Below the pieces are notes generated by a model, which was not told the origin of the DNA, searched no databases, and saw nothing but the letters and a program-made list of their open reading frames with translations. Shown one piece after another: positions 24,301-35,970 of a stretch of DNA of 64,000 nt. The DNA is taken from NCBI RefSeq assembly GCF_964204865.1, contig NC_135252.1, positions 19,840,001 to 19,904,000 on the forward strand, given 5' to 3'. The DNA comes from Styela clava (taxonomy: Eukaryota). The translations under genes and the position numbers were made by a program. Every line of letters starts with the position of its first letter. The first letter of the stretch is position 1.

Positions 24301-24827
24301 ACAAGGAAAGGGTGATATCATACAGGCTGGCGCACAATGCAATACTAAATGGAACACAAAGAAAAAGAATCAATTTATATCATACAGTAAGCGGGAAAAT
24401 GGCTATCACGGAGTGTAAATTCTGCTCGAAATCGGAGGACAACACGGAACACCTTATTAAAGAATGTCCTTTCACGTGGCGGATTTTGTATAAAATACAA
24501 AAATCTCTGAATCAGGCTCTGCAAACACATCACCCCTTTTTAAATGAACTACTTTGGCATAATATCTACTTAAAAGAAAACCGAAAAATAATATTAATAA
24601 CAGTGAATATAGTAAAAACTCAAATATACAAGGTCAAATCAATGAAGGACATGACAAACACAAAAATGAATCCCGAAGAAAGTAAAAGGATAGAAGATGG
24701 CATAGTTTCGAAAACTTTTAATAAAATGGGCTGGAGAGTAAAAAACATAGAATCACTCAGCGAAGAAATAAAACAGATAGAGAAAATTGAAAATTGGTTG
24801 GCCCAAAAAAGTGTTGCTACAAACTAA
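21309..24827 (+). CDS. Retrotransposon ORF2 (APE endonuclease, reverse transcriptase, C-terminal CCHC)
   Basis: APE motifs NVNGL, LQE, GDFN, RIDR, SDH. RT motifs PGPDG, YRPISNLNVDFK, DQEKAFD, GIRQGCPLS, FADD. C-terminal CKFC..EHLIKEC. First ATG at 21309. Confidence 0.96.
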   Translation: MTENLSQLKIISLNVNGLEKNWNKLKIFITYHNPDIIALQEVHRVKRDVSENRLQNMGYRLFINSLTDFDKRDDQRFFQGTATAIRENLCATHSFEYVTFIPCRACSTTMTNLQTKDKLSLVNVYAPPRRGDRKTRMFYEKLINLVREIKHIQIICGDFNMVHQKIDVSNQNSFTLGNTEMQWKDFIQAYNYIDTYRYHWPDKRLYTITRRRQSRRIDRIYIPYNISHELKNTEYLVNTVSDHHFASHITFKNIKQVNWGRGTWKNNTAHFRHEKVRFLINEIYKKEEQRKHEYEILADWWDNLKTKIKKSLLQHGINEAKVKKQNESRWKNEILNSMNKSPSNQAIYILIKNLKQMEKEKVMFKQNTAKIKALEQNERPTKYFFDKLKTRRRKTTIDRLQNKEGNYLKTKNEILEEAQTFYKTLWTQTTPGEEDRMEEYLNIYGETKLSTEEKEQMGTLASKEELLVTLKQMNNYKTPGPDGLSKEFYVEFWEILKNDLHQLVNNAIAFGTLPTSSKESIVTLIYKKGNSNHLSNYRPISNLNVDFKLISKILANRLKPILDKYIMPTQKSAIPKRSIFDNLRNVQGIWNYTTKWNLPLYIISFDQEKAFDMVNQRFLFKTMTKLNFNKNIINLIKEMYNRIYSRIQINGAKTNKIFLTRGIRQGCPLSMAMYTLAADPLARKIIANQKIKGFNIGKYKTVIDQFADDNTTYARDIESIEHTFNEFKTYELITGQKINEKKTEILCTNQIAMQKLKTSPYNKFMKPNIKVLGQIIGPQQTEKTWDEILKRLRNTLEVNKQRQLTWIGKFQILNALCISQVIYHARVVNVPPIYIRKLNTLFFDFIWHPESFQLLAQNKLTADYYNGGLNAPCIKTKIQACLLEKIKTLKAITEPKEIWHAIALYDIGTKIKRINPKLYTNQMPHALETPKHWKDCIQLTEKIGIKEEKWTDISFKQIYQTILKSNQSGRRKGEETQTCTNWKEILSKEKDIKNIITNKERVISYRLAHNAILNGTQRKRINLYHTVSGKMAITECKFCSKSEDNTEHLIKECPFTWRILYKIQKSLNQALQTHHPFLNELLWHNIYLKENRKIILITVNIVKTQIYKVKSMKDMTNTKMNPEESKRIEDGIVSKTFNKMGWRVKNIESLSEEIKQIEKIENWLAQKSVATN

Positions 24828-25229
24828 TTAAAAAAAATGATTAATTTACTGATTTTATGCTCAAAATTGAAAAACCATCTAAAACGGAAATGACGAAATA
24901 GGAGCCTATCAATGAGAACGGCAATAGTCATCTATTGCCATTATGTGATACGGTCTATAACTGACCAAGCTCCGAATGGGATACAGGAAATGACGGTTTA
25001 TCCCCGATCCCGTATATTATAATCTGATCCGAAAAAAAAAAAAAAAAAAAAAAGATTAATTAGGGTTATTAAAAAAAAAAAAAAAAAAAAAAAAAGATAA
25101 ATTAGGGTTATTTATTTAGACCGTAACATATAATCATTAATAATGCGCTAACAATATGTCGCGTGAACGCTCAACCATACTGGCCTTAAAATCACCGTTG
25201 TAGCCCAGCTCCTGTTACATAATGTAAAA

Positions 25230-25476
25230 AGATGTGCGACATTATGAAATGAAAATTTATAGATGTGCGACATTATGAAATGAAAATTTATAGATGTGCG
25301 ACATTATGAAATGAAAATTTATAGATGTGCGACATTATGAAATGAAAATTTATAGATGTGCGACATTATGAAATGAAAAATTTATAGATGTGCGACATTA
25401 TGAAATGAAAATTTATAGATGTGCGACATTATGAAATGAAAATTTATAGATGTGCGACATTATAAAATGAAAATTT
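25230..25476. repeat. 31-bp minisatellite, about 8 near-identical copies
   Basis: Unit AGATGTGCGACATTATGAAATGAAAATTTAT. Diverged monomers at about 18186, 18519 and 25605. Confidence 0.95.
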
Positions 25477-26044
25477 GTTGAAATAACCACATGAGTCTGA
25501 TTTAAATGAATTCCTCAGGCATCACTTATTAATAACGTGCTTACAATCTGTCGCAACCATGCATTATCAAAATTATATTCGCTTTACAGCGGCTTATCAA
25601 AAAGGATGTATGACATTATATCATGAAATTTAGTTAACGAATGTCTCAAAAGTATTTTTATTGTTATTAATCTAATTGTGAGGTATAAGGCTTAGTCAAT
25701 ATTGTGCTAATAACGTACCACAATTCAAATCATAACGATAACAAAATTATCATAATTTCAACCTGTCTTAGGTAATATTAAGAGGTTGTGCGACACCTAT
25801 AATACACCTAAATGGGACGCGGATATTTATAATAGCCCGTGGAATTACCGTGAAAGCTAGCTGATACGACGCACGCCGATCCTTGGATCAGAGTTTAAAA
25901 CAATGTTTCAGATGCATGAACTTACCAACGAAATTACACTTAAAGATTCAATAATTTATGAGTAAGCTACTATTTGTGGTGATTTTAAATTGTATATATT
26001 TTTTTCGATTTATCATTTCAAAATAAAGATTAAAATGTACTGAT

Positions 26045-27085
26045 AGCCTAATGCCAAACAGCTGTTAACTAGAAATAACAAACTGCGGGAGTGGATTCAG
26101 AGAAAGCCTAAAAAAAAGCAAATTTCGTGCCACAAACCAATCAGAGATCAGTTACAAAAAATGTTTCAATTCACGCTGAAACTAATTCAGAATCACAGGA
26201 TCAGTGACGTCCGTCTAACAATTGCTCGAATATTTTATAAGTAAGCTACCATTTGTGGTAATTTTAAATAGTGTTTATTGTGGGTTTTCCAGACACATAA
26301 ATCATTGGAAACATAGAATTTATATCTCCAGCAGTTCGTTGGGCGTTAAGCGTATCAAGAAAAATATTTCATTAATACCTCTAATTGGGGAGAAAAAGTC
26401 ACGTGACGCGATTAGAAATGACCGCAACCTACTCTTGTACAGACGCAGTTTGTTTGTAATAATCTTTACGCGGACACATAGACCAGCGCTTCAAAAAATG
26501 TTTCAGATGCATAGACTTGACTTATGAGTAAATACTCAACGAATATATATTTTAATTCTAAGCTACTATTTGTGGTAATTTTCGAAGTTTGGTATATATT
26601 TGATAGTAATGGATAAATTTGTATATATATTTACAGCGAAGCCCGTCCAGTCAGTATTTCGTTACCCCAATCGGTCATGTCAAAATTTTTCAACATCTAT
26701 TAAATACTACGAATAAAACCTGCGCTTATTTTTAATACTCGTGATGTGTAATTATCCAAATATATGAGTTCCAAGAATAATACATATAGCTAGCTATTCA
26801 AATCCTACAGTGATACGGGTCTTGAATTGAATTATGCTTAAAATGCAAACAGCATATTTCATAGCTTCAATAGTTTGTTTGACTCAAATATTATTACGTT
26901 TTCAACTATGGCCGTGATGCTAAACAATCGTGCCTAATGCCAAACAGCTGTTAACTAGAAATAACAAACTGCGGGCGTGGATTCAGAAAAAGCTTAGAAA
27001 GAAGCAAATTTCGTGCGCAAACCGATCAGAGATCAGTTACAAAAAATGTTTCAATTCACGCTGGAACTAAATCAGAATCACAGGA
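26045..27085. repeat. Local direct duplication (~155 bp at 26045-26202 and 26932-27086)
   Basis: Near-identical GCCTAATGCCAAACAGCTGTTAACTAGAAATAACAAACTGCGGG...CAGAATCACAGGATCA. Confidence 0.85.
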
Positions 27086-29058
27086 TCACAGATTTTAAAT
27101 AGAGGTAAATGAATAATTAGCTTCCATCGGCATTACCAGAAAATGAAGTCGGTGGGCTGAATCCAGTAGTGCTGTTCTGATCCGAATAATAAAAAAAAAA
27201 AAAAAAATCACGATGTGCTATACTTAGATATATCGAATCAAAATTTCCATAAATTTGCGTTTGGTACGACTCCATATGTACGAGGTGGTTAGATTATCTA
27301 ATAAAGGATCCTATATAAATATATATCGTGAGAAACGTCATATGATTAATGACCCTTTAAAATATGAATAAGTTAGTAAACAGATTGCAATCAATTAGCT
27401 TTATATTTGTCTTTAATTTGATTGATAGCTAAATTCGGAACTTGCGTGGCTGACTTCCCATTATTTCCTAATTTGAAAATCGCTAAGCCCTTTTTGATTT
27501 TATCATTTCCAATTAAAAATATACGGGACATTACATTGGATAATTGAAAAAATGATAAGGTCGAGTGCTTATCTCCGACGCTTTTCTTGGCAATATATAA
27601 ATGCCAAGTTTAGGGTTTAAAAAACAAATTTCCGAAACAATGAGCAAGTGAATTGCGAATGAGTTATAGTAACTTTCTATTTATTTAACTCGAGACTTAT
27701 TCATTAAAGGCAAAAAGGGGACATATCGAATCTGCCAAGCATATTGAAAGTTGAAACTTGCATTAGTGTGCAGCAACTCTCTCAAATCGAATATAACAGT
27801 CATTTTCACTCTTGCTACAGCATTCTTGCATTAATCGCATACAGGTTCACTAGCGAAAATGCATAGAGCAAGAAAAGGTAGTTAGTTTCGCGTAATCCGA
27901 ACAGATAGTAACTATCGATTTCTTTTACACATTTTTTAACAGTGTTATACTGCCACTTGTTCCCCATTGAATGGCTTTTAAATTACCGAAAACAATCAGA
28001 AGGGAGCAACAATTAGTATCACTTCTTGAAGAACTCTATACGCCTTGTAATACTATACAATATCCTGACAATTTCTGTTTCATACTAATCGGAAGTAATA
28101 TAAAATGTAAATATGTATGCTCTTATATATCGAACATAGTGTAAGATTCTTGCATATAATTTTTGTAAATTTTGAAATTGACCAAAAAAAAGATTGGATT
28201 CAAAATTATATTATACCAAGATAAAGTCTACATATACCGTTCTTTCCGTCTTGCTTATATATGTGAAGTAAAATTTTCTAGACATATTATCGAAAAATCC
28301 TAAAGTCCTTTGAATCGATGAATAAAGTGCAACATTTGGCAATGAATCTTGAAAACGTCTTTTCTACAAGATAAAATGTATTTCATTTCAAAGTAAGATA
28401 CCTCAGGTATAGAAAAGAAGGCGATTAAAAAAAAAATAAAAGAACATTTTGATTGAGTATGTTCCAGTTGCAACTATACTAAACACCGGTCACATACGGC
28501 TAATATCTTTATCTTATATAGTCCATTTATATCTGGGTCGTATGGGATCAATTTATTTAAAAATCGACAATTTGAATACGCATTATCCATGGTAGCATAT
28601 TTACATATCAGCAAGAATATACCTTCACAGCACGTATGCAGCATATGTTCCTAATAGAATTTAATCTGAGTTTATTATTTATCCTTTGCTGCCATGTGCT
28701 TAATATAATTGCTCATGCAAATGACTCAGAAGCAAAACAAAACAATCTAAGTTATTAATTTCAATTCTATTCATTCTGTATTTTTATAATAGAATAAATA
28801 TAGAATCATGGTACATGTTCTCTGTGCTACGAAAAGGAAATAGGAAACTTGTGTAATCGTAATCTCATTTGTTGCAGAGTTTTAATTTGCGGCAATGTTG
28901 AACACAACCATTTGAGTTGTTGTTGAGTTAACTAGTTAGGGCATTTATTTGATTTGTGTGTTTTTTGCAATTTTATAGGTAAACAAAATGAAATTTCTAT
29001 TTTTTAGGCACGTAACATCACACGCATATGGTTGATAATTTTTTCATATTAAAAATTG

Positions 29059-29165
29059 CGCAATGGCCTAGGGGTTAATGCGTGAACTGCAACGGTGTTT
29101 GCACCGCAGGTTACACACATCGGGTTCAAATCCCACGCCCTTCCCTCCTACCCAGGGTGTAATAA
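29059..29165 (+). mobile_element. tRNA-derived SINE-like head
   Basis: A box TGGCCTAGGGG and B box GGTTCAAATCC without a complete cloverleaf. Similar to minus-strand 13425-13582. Confidence 0.5.
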
Positions 29166-29864
29166 ATTAGTTAGGAAATGATAAACCAAAAAGATCATCT
29201 TCTTTCCAAAATAGTACGCGATTGAAGATCGTTAGATGACAGTGCCAGTACATTTCCCTGGTTTGAGTGAATAATGTGAAATGGTTGGAGAACCATTCTT
29301 GTCCAATTTTAATGAAACTGGGAACTCAACAAAATAAAAACAATAAAAATAGTTTTGGAAAAATGTATAAAGCTCCGAGACAAAGGACATCTATTAATTT
29401 CATTTTTCAGCTTATCCGATTGTATTACGGGAAAGTAAACAACAATTAATTGGAACGAATTTTATTTTTTCAATAAAAAAATCAATTGTTTAAGTTTTTT
29501 TAATCTTAAATTGCGAGGATAGTGAAAATTTTGTGTAGATGAATGTGGAAACGCAATTTTATCAAACTGATTAATTTGGAAACACAATTAGAAAATTTTT
29601 TATTTTATTTTTGTAAAAATTTACTCAAAATAAAAAAAAGTCAATCACGATAGAACGAGTGGAATAGAAGAAAAATAAAACAAATTAACGTCAAGCTAGT
29701 CGCCCGTGAGAGACTTAAGAGCGATGTATTGGAAAAAATTAATTGATTTAAGCCTTAAGGCATATTTTTTTACAATTTTACAATTTCGATAAAAATATAT
29801 GATAATGAGAACAAAGTATTCATCGGATTTGAAATTTTTGTTTCACATTTGGCAGATAAATTGT

Positions 29865-30002
29865 ATACGTTATCATGTTAGGAAAATGCTCATCGACCCC
29901 GCATTCGTGAGATATCGCGTAACTTACGAAAGTGTCTAATGAACAAATAAACAAACAGACAAATAACTATCAACATACTCACCGACCGAGATCGATAGGT
30001 AA
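29865..30002. mobile_element. Helentron/HINE-like element, partial copy 4
   Basis: Shares TTCGTGAGATATCGCGT, the CAAA/CAGA tract and the terminal hairpin. Confidence 0.55.
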
Positions 30003-30403
30003 TGAAATCAGTTAAAAATAGTTGTGAAAGGTAATTTGATTAATAATTAGTACCTTTCAAAATCGTTAACAAAACAAAATCTTAAAATAAAATGCATGTG
30101 GCGGAATCGCGGAATCTTTGAAATATTTCTGACGTCTTCATGAATGCACGAATTTTATGATAAAAAATTAACAAATTATTATTTTGAGTATTAGAACAAA
30201 TGAAACATCCATATTGAACATACATACCGCCGTAAAATTTACAGAACTTACAAAACAGCGGGTTACAACTAAAATCTACAACTAAAATCTTGTTAAGTAG
30301 TGGAAGAAATTTGCTAAATAATCTCAATGCTATAATGTACGGAAAAAAAATTACAACAAAGACGAACAAGCATAAACTCTAATGACTGACGATCGTCACT
30401 AGT

Positions 30404-30662
30404 CAGTGGCGTATCTAGGGTTTGGCAACCCTGGCTCGTGCCATAGGCGTTGTTTAGACAGGGGCGCAAAAACGGCGAAAAGTTTTAATCGTAATATGTT
30501 TCAATAAAATGATTTGAGACAACTGAAACTTGCATTTTTACTTGAATAAAAACGTACAGGTATAACATTTCAATAACAGTCATGAGGAATCGTTAACCCA
30601 CTATCAAGGGGGCGCATTTTTAAACTTTGCCATTGGCGCCTTTTTACGTAGATACGCCACTG
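30404..30662. mobile_element. hAT-type MITE
   Basis: TIR CAGTGGCGTATCTA/TAGATACGCCACTG, TSD TCACTAGT/TCACTAGC. Confidence 0.85.
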
Positions 30663-32799
30663 TCACTAGCCAGTTTGAGTAAATGTTTGTCCAGTTCTAG
30701 AAGTCTTGTGTTGTTAACGGTTTCGTAGATAAAAGAAAAATCATTTCACAATGTCATAATCTGCTGATATAGCATAGGTTGGAAATGTACTTTACAACCC
30801 ATGCATGTTGGCGAGGTTATGAACTTACACTTGTCTTGCACGAATATAGCTAGAATTCAGGGCAAGAACATCATGTTGCAAGGAACAAAAACAGTTCCCA
30901 AGTTCTTCTAATTGAACTATTGCAAATGCAAATGATTCAAGAATAGAGCCTGGTACATATTGCGGAAATATGTTAAAATACTGTTAATGTTAAAACAGGG
31001 GCAATATGTCACAAAGGATAAAACAGTAGACAAGTTTACCTATGATGATATACGTACTCGATTGCACTATTCGAGATTGTAACTACAAATAGAAGCATAT
31101 GATTCGGGAATATGGTAACCTCTACTAAATAACAAGCGTGATTAACGTTAATTTGCAATATTGTTGAATTCATTGGATTTAGTGATATTCCTGATGTGGA
31201 TTTTAAATATCATGAATTTTGTATTTCTGTCATCTCAACGAAGTGGCGAGGCGCTCACAGCCAGGATTGATCGCAATTTGTTCAGTTCCAATTAACATAT
31301 ACTACATTAGGCATACACATTGAAATTTGATTTCTTGAATTTGTTCTAATAAAACTCATGCCCACATATGGATTTGATTTAATGATAAAGCTCAAAGCTG
31401 ACAAATGATTGTAGTGAAACCATTCGAGGGAAATTTATTTAAACCGTTTTCTAAGCATTTAGTAATATAAACATTACTGCTATACTAAAACGAGAAAAAG
31501 AAGAATTTACAAGATGTATCAATCTTGACGCACGCTAACCAAATAAAACCCTCGCTTTGCCACGCGACTATTAACATCTTAAGATCGCTTGCTGATGGTG
31601 CCACGTTGGCCACATTAGGCGGCTCTAATTCATTTTCATAACAATAATATTTAAGAAAAACCTATAAGCTTTTCAGAAACAAAAATCTTTGGGAAAAGAA
31701 AATATTTATTCCGGGCAACGCCGAGGATATCCATCAGGTGGCGGCAAATCGCATTGGAGCATTGTTACTTCACAGTTTTATGCAAATGTCATTGTGTTTC
31801 CAAAAGTAACTCCAGGTAAATTATGATTACAACAATTCGTTCTGGGACACAATTATTTGTCGGGGCAATTATCCGCGGGTACGGATGTATGCAAGTGAAA
31901 ATGAGCGAGAGCGTCTTGTGGGCCGCGTGTTCGTCATTTAATGTGCTTAAACGATTATTACCAGCTGGAACTTCATTTCATCCAATATCTAATTGAAAGT
32001 TCATATTCCATAATTATATAGGTTTATTAGAGAGCACCTTACGTTCTGCACATTTGAATATGACTAATTAAATATACTATTTACTGCTACATACTTTCAT
32101 TTCATTTGAATACATATGCTAAACACAAAACATGGACCAAAATAGCAACAGGTAGCATATGTTTTGTGATAGGTACTGTGTATATATAACCGAGTCAAAA
32201 ACAAAACAAATCATTTCATTTGTTAACTCTTCTAATTGATACTAGAGACAATCAACAACAAAGTAAGTCTATTAATATACTACTGGGCAATGAGAATCAA
32301 ATTATTACTTGCTGCAATGGGTTCATTTATGTTTCCTAGGGTGGTATAGTTTACAATATTTGTATATAATTCAGTACAAATATTTTGGGGGGAATGTCAA
32401 TGAGATTTTTGCTTGCATGTATGTGTTTTTAATATGTATACTTGGTACTCTCGTAGTGTATGTACCAGATTGTGGTTAGTCCATAATTTCATTCCGATTT
32501 TCCTTATTTTAGTTCTATTACGAGTTCGTGGACTGTATGTGTTAGCTAAGTGAATATAGTTACCTCCATATTGGTTCATATACTGGAGTGCAGTATATTC
32601 TGCAGCATGTGTACATATCTTCAGTACTTAATAGGAGTCTGATGTAAAAAAAGCGAAGAACGACTTCTGTAATTTTCTGTGTTTAAATTGATATGTTTTT
32701 TGTTTTTCATAAAGTTAGCTCATAGTTTTTTGTACATAATAAATTTTTACTTTGTTCTTATATATTAACATTTATACTTTTTATGCTCAGTTTAAAACC

Positions 32800-34427
32800 A
32801 TGAACTCGAAGGTTATTGTTTTCATCGCACTGGTGGCAATGCTTGCTGTCGATAACACCCAAGGGTGGAAGTGGTGGAAAAAGGCGGTGAAAACAGCCAA
32901 AAAAATTTGGAACCATCCGTGAGTTCTCATATTTAACTTTATGAAAACACAAGAAACAATCACATGAATTAAATTTCACTTGGAAAGTTGATTTATTTTT
33001 AAAAATCAACGTAAAACGTATCCTTTCATTCCAATTCCGAATCTATATATTTTCTTTTATTTCATACATGGGTGGCAATTTATGAATATTACTTGACAAT
33101 AAAAAAAAAAACTTTATTTCGAATATATTCTACTCTTAAGTCTACCACAATAAGGTACATAGAAAGTTATAAGCCATATATTTTTTTCAGTGTCACCAAA
33201 GGAATAAGAAAAGCGTTTAAAAATTGGGATGCAATTACAGCATTGAGAGAGATGGTAAAAAATTAATAAATTCTCAGACAAATAATGTATCGTATGGATA
33301 TTATTACGCGTGTTTGAGTAATTTACATTTGTAGATAGTGTACAACTACCTATATCTATACTATCTATATAACTATCTATAAATGTTTTTTTTAAACTAG
33401 AAATGCTAAAATATATGGACACACAGACCAAAGCGAAGTAGTATCAAATATTCTACAGTCGCAGTAGTCTGATCACCGTATTGTTGAGTTACCACACAAA
33501 ACTTCAAAATGAAAAACGAGTCTCTTAGAACCCCAAAAAAATTTGAAATAAGTATAAGTAATAGCCTTTCAACGACAATCTTAAACCACTAAAAAAATTC
33601 AAATCAATTGGTTCAGTAAATGAAGATGAAGTTTTTTTTTTCCACAATGGCAGTATCAGCAAGATGGAAAAGAAAAACACTAACAACATAATAACAAAAC
33701 TAATGATATGTTTACTTCGTTTTCAACAATTCCCAGTTTATACCTTTTTGAAAAAAAGAAGAAAGTATTTGCCGTAGCCGAATATTTATTATGTATTTCT
33801 TGTATTATTCTTCCAACATTCAATACACCGTACTCCAAATTCACTTTGGCAATATTTCCATTTCAGAACGACTATGAGTACGAGAGCATAATGGAAAAAG
33901 TGAGAGACGATCTTGAAGATGATTATACCGAGAATGAACTTGATGAGCTTTTTGATGCCGTCAACCGAATCAGAGGATTGAGTGAAGGTAAATTCTATAT
34001 ATAATTGGTCGAATATCTCACGTCATCTATTATTAAACAGGCGGATAAACTGCAGACTGACATACTTCCAGGTCTTACTTTAGTCTTACTGAGAAGTTCT
34101 CAGATAATTCTTGATGGTGCATGATTTGTTAAATAGAACTAATTTCGCTCCGAGCTAATGTTTATTAATCCTACGCTGTTTTGTCGCACTTTTGACTGTG
34201 CTCATGAAATATATCATTACATATCCCTTATATCATTGAGCAAAAAATTGATAGCAAGGCACAGTTTACTAAACCTGTGAAGTAAAACAAAAATTCTGAC
34301 TAACTATCTTCTAATTGCAGACAATTTCATGGCTCTCAAGCTGATGACCGATGGAGTTGATTTTAACGATCAAGTTGACGCAAGCGATGTTGCCAAGGCT
34401 TTCGCCCGCAGTTTGTTGAGCCAGTAG
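32800..34427 (+). CDS. Styelin/clavanin-type antimicrobial prepropeptide gene E (136 aa) with Trp/Lys-rich amphipathic region and long acidic propiece
   Basis: Exons 32800-32918, 33191-33254, 33867-33987, 34321-34427, GT-AG, phases 2,0,1. Protein: MNSKVIVFIALVAMLAVDNTQG-WKWWKKAVKTAKKIWNHPVTKGIRKAFKNWDAITALREMNDYEYESIMEKVRDDLEDDYTENELDELFDAVNRIRGLSEDNFMALKLMTDGVDFNDQVDASDVAKAFARSLLSQ*. Also TATA near 32181, a non-coding first exon with GTAAGT donor near 32263, acceptor at 32790 and AATAAA near 34489. Confidence 0.88.
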
Positions 34428-34578
34428 TTCTTTGACAAAAATGTTGACACAGTTAATGTGTTAAAGTGTTCTTTCTTTAATGAATTTAAATAAAGATTGC
34501 ATGAACTAAATTATTTTGTGTTTCATGTTACAATAGAATTAGCAAAAAGTGCCAGTTATCGAAATAGGGAGTAATATA

Positions 34579-34749
34579 TAGGGTGTACAATGGGAATTTA
34601 TCGATACCATATATTGTTTTTTCCCGCACCGATGTAAATGAAGTAAGAATACTTTAACTGATTAAAAAACAACAAACCTGGTTGAAATATATTGAGAACT
34701 GACTTCGTACCAAAATTGAAATTGTAAAGGGACTTTATGAACACCCTGT
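34579..34749. mobile_element. Possible mariner-type MITE
   Basis: Degenerate TIR TAGGGTGTAC / GAACACCCTG flanked by TA. Confidence 0.4.
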
Positions 34750-35970
34750 ATATGCGTACTACATATATGAACATGGAATAAATAGAAGCAATAAAACGCA
34801 CCATATATTAAATGCGATTAAATATAGATAGCCCTTTCTTGGTCGTTGCTCGATGAACAAAATTATACATTACGGATGTGGAAATTTTCCGAGTAATTTT
34901 GTACGATTAGGTGAAAGTAGAATCCGCCAATATATGTTTATGTTCGATTTATTTCACAATTAATACATAACCAAGTGACAAATTTGTGAAAAAGTCTTTT
35001 TTAATTTAAACACTGATACTTTAAGTTTGCTCTGTTTAATGAATACTTCTTCCGGACCTCCTGAAGTATGCACACTAAGATGGCGCACAACCTGAAGTCA
35101 GGTTATCATGTTAATTAGAATTAAAACTTTAACGAAATCCAAAGCGGCAAACTGTTGGGTTACCTATTTTTATATATACCTGCTGTGTATGGATCATTTG
35201 TGTAATGGAAAAAAAGAAAGAAAGGATAATGGGAGCAATTTTTACTATCATATGAGCGGGTCGGCATAGGCAAAAATTTGATGCTTACTCTTTTTGTTTG
35301 GCGCTCGATGAACAAAAACTAAGAAAAATGGAGAAAGATTAATTTGCAATTTTCAACTACTATTTATTGTAATATAATACAAAAAAGCCATAATTAAAAT
35401 TGGTTAATGGTGCTATATTCATGTTAAAGCACTCAAATCGTTGACTCTTCAGCTTTGGATGTTCGACCATCATAAAAAATCAAATCATGTTGAATGCCAA
35501 TTTAGTATTTTTGTGTTATTCAGAAACAATTTTTGTATCAGATTCAAAAGTAAAATCCCACAACGCGAATAAATATTACTTACATTCATGTCGATAGCTG
35601 ACAATAGGAATAATTTGTAGCGAATGTTTGTTGCCAGACTTATTCATAGTAAAAAATGCGCAGCTGGTAAGAAGCAAACTATTGTGTATGCATGACATGT
35701 ATAAGTCTGGCAACAATAACTAAAGTTTTATTCTTTTTTTTATCATTGCATTGCATCAAAGCAACAAAATTCAGTAATAGATTATTTTAATAAAATTTTT
35801 CCTGATTTTAGGACTTCACGATAAGATTTCATAATCACCTAATACTTAGATCCAAGTTGTCAATAAAAAAATTCAAACAGTTACGTCTCACGAGAACGAA
35901 GAATATTCATTGCACGATTTTCTTCTTTGTTATTTAAGAACTTTATATCATGAAATTACTTGTTATCAAC

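Larger units (their letters stand above)
19832..25053 (+). mobile_element. Full-length L1/Tx1-group non-LTR retrotransposon with chimeric 5' end
   Basis: Two intact ORFs, about 200-nt 3' UTR, poly(A) at 25032-25053. Target-site duplication AGATTAATTAGGGTT at 19817-19831 and 25053-25067. Confidence 0.95.

Noticed and set aside
20080-24373. Minus-strand ORFs within the retrotransposon
   Set aside because: Antisense shadows of A-rich ORF1/ORF2 with no recognisable motifs.
24901-24975. Ribozyme in the L1 3' UTR three-way junction
   Set aside because: No CUGANGA/GAAA hammerhead core or HDV pseudoknot could be placed; kept only as a structured UTR.
25230-25476. CRISPR-like array
   Set aside because: Head-to-tail units with no unique spacers, eukaryotic context and no cas genes.
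29059-29140. tRNA gene
   Set aside because: A and B boxes are present but there is no consistent acceptor stem or anticodon arm; treated as a SINE head.
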